A DNA stretch of 64,000 nucleotides from Candidatus Latescibacterota bacterium (GTDB lineage: Bacteria > Latescibacterota > UBA2968): the NCBI GenBank assembly GCA_965116885.1, contig OZ220741.1, positions 3,840,001-3,904,000 on the forward strand, given 5' to 3'. Each line of letters opens with the position of its first letter. Position 1 is the first letter of the stretch. The translations under genes were made by a program, and so were the position numbers. This document shows, piece by piece, positions 57,985 through 64,000 of the stretch. The notes below the pieces were generated by a model. The model was not told the origin of the DNA, made no database searches, and saw only the letters and a program-made list of their open reading frames with translations.

Positions 57985-59160
57985 ATGGATGAAATACGCA
58001 TTGGTATTGCCGGGTTGGGCCGACGTTCCCAGCACTGGATCCGTACCTTGCTAAAGATACCGGGCTACCGCATTACGGCACTCTACGACTGGATTGAACC
58101 GCTGCACGAGCGGGCGCTGTCTCTGATCGATTACCGAAACGATGTCGCGGTGTTCAGCGATTACGAGGAATTCCTGTCCTATGAGGGTATGGACGCGGTT
58201 GGTCTGGTCGTCCGCAGGAAGGACCAGGGAGCGATGGCGGCACAGGCTCTGGAGGCGGGAAAGCATGTGAATATGGAGGTTCCCGCTGCGCATACAATGG
58301 CGGATTGCTGGCGGATTGTGACTGCGGCAGAACGCACGGGGCGGGTTTATCAGCTTGCGGAACAGACGCGCTACTGGGGATTTGTGGAGGCATGGCGGGA
58401 CCTGGTAGCAGGGGGACGGTTGGGGCGGGTGACCTATTGCGAGGGGCAGTATATCGGCTATTACGGTACGCGCCAGTTTTTTCAGGACTACAAGACGGGC
58501 GAGCAGTACAGAGTGGAAGAGCTTTCGGCGCACCCGGATGCAGAACCGACCTGGCTGCATGTGATGCCGCCGATTCACTATCTTCCGCACGAGTTGAGTC
58601 CGATGCTGAAGGTATTAGATGACCGGGTAATTGAAGTAACGGCGATGAGCACTGGGTCGCCCAGCTATTCGCATCCAGAGATCGATCAACCGGATATTCA
58701 GGTCGCCTTGATGAAGACGGAGAAGGACAGGCTGTTGCGGATGGCGACCGGATTTACGCAGAAGATTCCGAGCCGCAGGGGACATCACTGGTATCAGATC
58801 ATTGGGACGAGGGGGTGCGTGGAGTGGAAGCGGTCGAAAAAGGGACACCCCCTGATGTGGCAGGCAGATTCTCAGATGCACGATCTGGCTGAAGTAGATT
58901 GGAAGTTTGAGCGTACGGATGCGCCTTTAGAAGCGCAAGGCAGCGGTCACGGGGATGCAGACTATTACGTCCACACCGCTTTTTGGAATGCCGTAGTTGG
59001 AAATAAGCCTCTGGAGTTCGATGTTTACAGGGCAATGGAGACGGCGGCACCTGCGGTTCTGGCCGCGGAGTCCATCGCACGGGGAACCGAGCTGATGAAA
59101 GTTCCCGATTTTCGTCCGAATGAGACGCGACCTTCAGGGCAGATGCCGGAAGGAGATTGA
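57985..59160 (+). CDS. Gfo/Idh/MocA family oxidoreductase
   Basis: IGIAGLGRR, GKHVNMEVPA, GHGDADY. Confidence 0.88.
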   Translation: MDEIRIGIAGLGRRSQHWIRTLLKIPGYRITALYDWIEPLHERALSLIDYRNDVAVFSDYEEFLSYEGMDAVGLVVRRKDQGAMAAQALEAGKHVNMEVPAAHTMADCWRIVTAAERTGRVYQLAEQTRYWGFVEAWRDLVAGGRLGRVTYCEGQYIGYYGTRQFFQDYKTGEQYRVEELSAHPDAEPTWLHVMPPIHYLPHELSPMLKVLDDRVIEVTAMSTGSPSYSHPEIDQPDIQVALMKTEKDRLLRMATGFTQKIPSRRGHHWYQIIGTRGCVEWKRSKKGHPLMWQADSQMHDLAEVDWKFERTDAPLEAQGSGHGDADYYVHTAFWNAVVGNKPLEFDVYRAMETAAPAVLAAESIARGTELMKVPDFRPNETRPSGQMPEGD

Positions 59161-59162
59161 GC

Positions 59163-60869
59163 ATGCGTGTCGCCATTTTATCCAACGGACCTGATCTTTC
59201 GCCTTACTTGGAAGAGATGTTCAGGATGTGGGGATTGGTCCTGTGCGAGATGGTGGGACCGGACCAGATTTCGGATATGGATCCCGAAGATATGCCAGTG
59301 GTGGTTTGCCCTGCGTCTCAAGGTAGTCAATCTCTGGTTGATTTCGCACGCCGGGGTGGGACGGTGATCTGCTTTCTGCCTGAAGGACCTCTGGCTGAGG
59401 CAGCCGGGCTTGTGTATGAGGGGGAAAAGGAAGTGCCACTGCGGTTGCGTATTACCGCGTACCAGGCTTCAGGCATAGCGGGGGAGCGATTTCCAATTGT
59501 GGGGCGTGCGAATAACTATAGCCCGGCACCTGAGGTTCGGGTGTTGGGCCATTTTTCATATACAGACCGCTATGAAGGAGAAAGCGTCGGGATTACAGAA
59601 ACTATGGTCGGGCGAGGGCGGATCGTGGCGTTCGCGTTTGATCTGGCTCTTTGTGTCCTGTTGCTGCGGCAGGGCGATCCGAACCGCGCCGAGGTGATTC
59701 CCGAGAGCACCGGGTGCGCTCGCCCGTCCAGCATGGCGATTGATATCGGGCCTTCGGACTCCGGCTGGATCCCCTTTGCCGACCTGCTTTCCAGGCTGTT
59801 TGTGGATATGGTGCGTCGTTACCTGCCGGGACCTGTGCCGCTCCTGTCGCATCTGCCGGGGACGGCACCCGGCATCCTCCTTTACTCCGGTGACGAAGAC
59901 AATGCGGACGTGGCGAGCAATGATGCGGAATTCGGGGCTGTGGCAGCCGCAGGTGGGCGCATGAATCTCTACATTATTCCGAACCGGACCCAATCTACGG
60001 CGCTGGATGTGGAGCGATACCGCGTCCAGCACGATGTGGGGCCGCATCCGAATCTTCGGTCGCTGGACGGATACTCTATATCGGAACGTCTCACGGAATT
60101 CGAGCGGCAGATCCGGATGTTTCAGGACCAATTCGATACGCCCGCACGATCCCTGCGAAATCACTGCACAGCATGGGCCGGGTATCTGGAACCTGTGGAG
60201 GTTATGGAGAAACTGGGTATGGGTATGGATGGGAATTATTTTTCCGGGACGTATGGGTATAGCCGAGAAGATGCGCCGTATGCCGCGTTTGGAGGCGCTA
60301 TGCCGATGCGTTTCTGCTAGCCAGATGGTCGGGTGCTCAATGTTTTCCAACAGCATACGCAGCTTGCAGACGATATTATGTTCGGGACAGCAGACTATTC
60401 CTATCGGCTATCGCCACAGGTCTTTGCCGGTGTGCTGGACCGGATTTTCGCGGATATCGAGACCCGCTTTCACACGCCCTACGGGGTGTGCATCCATCCC
60501 GGTAACTGGGTGAGGTTCTCTCGGCCTCAAGGACGGGAACTGCTCCGCCAGGCGAATGAGAGACGATTCCCAATCTGGTCTTTTGACCAGTGGCTGACAT
60601 TTTGGGAGGCGCGCGATACATGGCGGTTTAATGGAATGGTCCGGCAAGGATGTAGGCTACAATTCGCGCTTGAGGGTGAACGATCACACGATGCGCTCTG
60701 TCTTGCGATCCCAGAGAAAGACTCGGAGACATCTCTTGCTGAGGTGATGCTGGACGGGGAGCGTGCAGAGTGGCAGACGGTCCGGCGCTACGGTGAGGAT
60801 CTCGCGCTTGTGTCTGTACCGGCTGGAAGAAAAGCGGTGTCGGTTAGCGTTATGTATGGGAGTGGATGA
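59163..60869 (+). pseudogene. Hypothetical protein (GATase-like N-terminus, deacetylase-like barrel) interrupted by one in-frame TAG at 60318-60320
   Basis: ORFs 59157-60320 and 60333-60869 are in frame: MPMRFC*PDGRVLNVFQQ. Confidence 0.65.
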
Positions 60870-60911
60870 AGCGTGGCAGACAACTCAGGAGTTATTTAAA
60901 GAGGAAATCAC

Positions 60912-62168
60912 ATGCGTTTTGGAATTGCCTGTCGGGATATCGTTCCTCCGTTTCGCACAAAGATGTACGGGTATGGTGCGCGGGTGGACCTCTACGAAGA
61001 TGTCAACGACCCGTTGACGTTCACGGCCATTGTGCTGGAAGAGGGGAACCGCCGTGCGTTGTTGGGCGCTGCGGATCTGGGTACATTTCCGAGGCTCGAT
61101 GAGTTGTCCGGCTTTATGGACCAGCTCGGAGAGATCGTTGGGTGTCCGAGAGACCATATCATGCTGAACTGCTCGCACTCTCACGGGGCTGCGACAGTGT
61201 CAGATGAGCGATACAGAGAGTGGTTGTACGAAAAGGTCCGCGAAGCTGTTCAGGAGGCTTCGGAGAACGTGAATGAAGGGACGTTGTGGTACGGCGAAGG
61301 CAAGACGAGTTTGCCGTTGAACCGCCGCCCAGAGCGGGATGGGCAGGTCGTGAATGCGCCCAATCCGGGGGGTACGGTAGATGATCGTATGCGGCTCCTG
61401 GTCTTCAGGAAACCGACGGGAGAGATCGCTGCGCTCGGGATGTCCGTGGCGTGTCATCCGGTTGCTACGGGGGCACAGCATCTGCTGACAGCGGAGTATC
61501 CCGGGGCCTGGAGAACCGCCTTCTCCAGAGCGTTTGGTCCGGATGTGACGCCGTTTTTCCTTCAGGGAGCGGGCGGAGATATACGGCCCCGATATGTAGC
61601 CGAAGGAGATCACTGGCGGGCGATGAAGCACGCTGAGCTTCCCAGCATGGGACGGGAACTTTTGAGGGAGATGTTGAAGATTCTCCTGGAGGCGAACTTC
61701 AAACAGATCGACAATCTGACACTTGTAGGCAAGATCAATCGGGTTGAGGCGCCCTGCCAGAGGCTTTATACCGCGCGCGAGGAGCTCGAGTTGTTGAGGG
61801 ATCGGGATGGAAGATTTGGTTCTTATGCGGAGAAATGCCTGCAGCATCTCGATGCAGGAGAAGAAGTTCCGGATCGTGCGGAATTTCACGTTCAGACCCT
61901 CTGGTTAAACCGGGATTTCGCCCTGATCGGCCTCGACGCCGAGCCACTCCACGCTCTGGGCCGGGCCATAGAGGATTCCGTGTCTCCCAGGCAGGCGTTG
62001 TTCCTGGGATATACGAATGGCTGTATTGGCTATGCAATGGATGGAAAGGAGACAGAACGCGGCGGTGGCACGGAGATCGGTACCTATCTTTTCAGGGGAT
62101 GGTCGGGGCCTCCTGAACCTGGCCTTGAGAAGTTCCTGGCTGACGCTGTGGTGAAAGAGTCTGGATGA
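60912..62168 (+). CDS. Neutral/alkaline ceramidase-like protein
   Basis: NCSHSHG, NRR, ACHP, FLQGAGGD, GYTNG. Confidence 0.75.
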   Translation: MRFGIACRDIVPPFRTKMYGYGARVDLYEDVNDPLTFTAIVLEEGNRRALLGAADLGTFPRLDELSGFMDQLGEIVGCPRDHIMLNCSHSHGAATVSDERYREWLYEKVREAVQEASENVNEGTLWYGEGKTSLPLNRRPERDGQVVNAPNPGGTVDDRMRLLVFRKPTGEIAALGMSVACHPVATGAQHLLTAEYPGAWRTAFSRAFGPDVTPFFLQGAGGDIRPRYVAEGDHWRAMKHAELPSMGRELLREMLKILLEANFKQIDNLTLVGKINRVEAPCQRLYTAREELELLRDRDGRFGSYAEKCLQHLDAGEEVPDRAEFHVQTLWLNRDFALIGLDAEPLHALGRAIEDSVSPRQALFLGYTNGCIGYAMDGKETERGGGTEIGTYLFRGWSGPPEPGLEKFLADAVVKESG

Positions 62169-62190
62169 CAATACACAAGGAGAAAATGCC

Positions 62191-63486
62191 ATGCGTTTTG
62201 GTATTGGCCGCAGGGAGATCACCCCGCCGCTTTACACTTATATGCACGGGTACGCGGCAAGGCGAGATACGAACGATGGGGTGAACGATCCTCTGACGTT
62301 TACAGCGATTGTGATGGAAGAGGGAGAACAGCGTGCACTATTGGGTGCTGCAGATATATGCACATTTCCGAATGACGGAAGTGTGTCGGGTTTTCTGGAG
62401 CAGGTTGGAAAGGCGATTGGCTGTCCGGCGGACAACGTGATGCTCAATGCCTCGCATACCCACGGGGGACCGAGGATACCGGGTTCTTCTCTGTATTGGA
62501 GAGACTTTTCTTCGCGAACGGTAGAGGAGTACAGGGATCAGCTTTACGCGCAGGTACTGGAGGCCGCCCGCGAGGCTGCGGACAATCTGATGGAAGGGAG
62601 CCTCTGGTATGGGGAGGGGAAGACGCGGGTACCGATGAACCGGCGTCCGGATCGGGATGGTCGGGTTGTAAATGCGCCGAATCCTGATGGTCCGGTAGAT
62701 GATCGGATGCAGCTTCTGCTTTTCAGAAAGGCCACGGGGGAAGCGGCGGCAGTGGGAGTCAAGGTGTCGTGTCATCCCGTTGCCACAGGTGCGCAACACC
62801 TGATCACTGCAGATTGGCCGGGGGCATGGCGTGCAGCATTTTCCAGTGTATTTGGTCCGGATGTGATACCGTTTTTCTTGCAAGGGGCAGGCGCGGATGC
62901 GCGTCCCCGGCATGTGGCCGAAGGGGATCACTGGCGGGCGATGAAGCACGCCGAACTCACTGAGATTGGCGATGAACTGCTGGCTGAGACTCTGGCGATT
63001 CTCACGGGAACGAATCTCCGTCCGGTAGATAATCTGACGCTGGAAGGGAAGATTAATACTGTACAGGCTCCCTGTGAGAGGCAATATACCACCCGGGAAC
63101 AGCTCGAATCTTTGAAGGGCGAAGGCAGACTCCTGCAGCAGTATGCGAAAGTGGGTCTGGAGCGTCTGGATATGGGAGAAGCGATTCCCGATCAGGTGGC
63201 GTTTCAGGTTCAGACGCTGTGGTTGAACCGGGATCTGGCTCTGATCGGTCTGGATGTAGAGCCGCTTTGTGGCCTGGCAAAGACGGTTGGGGAGGCGGTT
63301 GCACCAGCACAGGCGATCCTTATGGGATATACGAATGGCTGTATCGGCTATACCCCCGATACAGAGGAGATGAAACGCGGGGGGTACGAGACCGGTAGCT
63401 ATCTGCCCAAGTTATGGTCCGGACCATTGAAGCCGGGTCTTGAAGACCTGTTTGCGAGTGCTGTTGTTCTCCATGCGGAAAGTTAG
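62191..63486 (+). CDS. Neutral/alkaline ceramidase-like protein (tandem paralog)
   Basis: NASHTHGGP, SCHP, FLQGAGAD, GYTNG, GGYE. Confidence 0.75.
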   Translation: MRFGIGRREITPPLYTYMHGYAARRDTNDGVNDPLTFTAIVMEEGEQRALLGAADICTFPNDGSVSGFLEQVGKAIGCPADNVMLNASHTHGGPRIPGSSLYWRDFSSRTVEEYRDQLYAQVLEAAREAADNLMEGSLWYGEGKTRVPMNRRPDRDGRVVNAPNPDGPVDDRMQLLLFRKATGEAAAVGVKVSCHPVATGAQHLITADWPGAWRAAFSSVFGPDVIPFFLQGAGADARPRHVAEGDHWRAMKHAELTEIGDELLAETLAILTGTNLRPVDNLTLEGKINTVQAPCERQYTTREQLESLKGEGRLLQQYAKVGLERLDMGEAIPDQVAFQVQTLWLNRDLALIGLDVEPLCGLAKTVGEAVAPAQAILMGYTNGCIGYTPDTEEMKRGGYETGSYLPKLWSGPLKPGLEDLFASAVVLHAES

Positions 63487-63515
63487 AAACCTGTGTCAGA
63501 TAGGAGAAATGACCG

Positions 63516-64000
63516 ATGAAGATCACTGAGGTGGAACCCATCCTGCTCACGGTTGATATGCCGGAAGAGCATCCTTTGCGATGGTCGGGGGGAGAAGCTG
63601 CCAGCGTAAATTGCGCGCTGGTGCGGGTGCATACCGATGGAGGCATCACCGGTCTGGGAGATTGCTATGGGTCCGGGTTTGTCGCGGGTGAGGCCACAGC
63701 TGAGTTGTTTCGTCTGTTCGGGCAGTTTCTCCAGGGCAAAGACCCACGAGATGTGGCCGGATGTTACGAGATGATGTACCGCCGCATCCTGTACTGGGGT
63801 CGGTCCGGGCTGGCAGTAGCAGCGGCCAGTGCGGTCGAGAACGCCCTGTGGGATATTGCGGGAAAAGCGGCCAGTGTACCGGTATATCGCCTGCTGGGAG
63901 GGTTGTGCCACGAGAAACTGCCGATTTATGCCAGCGGCGGTCTGGAACAGCCTCTGGAGGATCTGAAAGCAGAGATGAGAGCGCATCGTGAAGCGGGATT
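63516..64000 (+). CDS. Mandelate racemase/muconate lactonizing enzyme family protein, 3'-truncated by the window edge
   Basis: Own translation MKITEVEP...VRVHTDGGITGLG...SAVENALWDIAGKAASVPVYRLLGG; absent from the ORF track because there is no stop in the window. Confidence 0.88.
   Translation, partial: MKITEVEPILLTVDMPEEHPLRWSGGEAASVNCALVRVHTDGGITGLGDCYGSGFVAGEATAELFRLFGQFLQGKDPRDVAGCYEMMYRRILYWGRSGLAVAAASAVENALWDIAGKAASVPVYRLLGGLCHEKLPIYASGGLEQPLEDLKAEMRAHREAG

Noticed and set aside
60318..60320. Genome-wide amber recoding
   Set aside because: Many genes end in TAG at family-appropriate lengths (e.g. 1406, 2854, 4008, 5111, 7179).

Overview
Bacterial chromosomal window, mostly GC-moderate catabolic and housekeeping genes: many Gfo/Idh/MocA oxidoreductases, five PhyH-type dioxygenases, three sulfatases, enolase-superfamily enzymes, ABC exporters, two DUF6785/6784-like membrane proteins, proS, glnS and three tRNAs. 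This gene mix recalls Latescibacterota/Poribacteria-like heterotrophs (inference only). The main feature is a visibly AT-richer ~9 kb island (7448-16431) inserted in the 3' end of tRNA-Gln(TTG) and bounded by a 10-bp direct repeat. That repeat lies inside what looks like a large serine recombinase gene, in the same frame at both ends, so excision would fuse the recombinase coiled-coil region (right end, now a 5'-deleted remnant) to an HTH-bearing C-terminal segment (left end). The co-oriented cargo is a possible histone-fold protein plus a membrane protein, a C2-like orphan, an NYN RNase plus NACHT/STAND NTPase pair, and a DUF262-DUF1524 (GmrSD-like) nuclease. It is punctuated by a family of ~110-150 bp mini-elements with IS3-like termini (TGGAGTTACCCCG...CGGGGTAACTCCA), giving a cassette-array appearance. 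Outside the island are a pseudoknot-capable intergenic element, a 30-codon copy of an ABC transporter N-terminus, a duplicated 44-bp promoter, a gene with one in-frame amber stop, and two REP-like repeat families. All protein calls are by-eye motif recognition; no database search was run.
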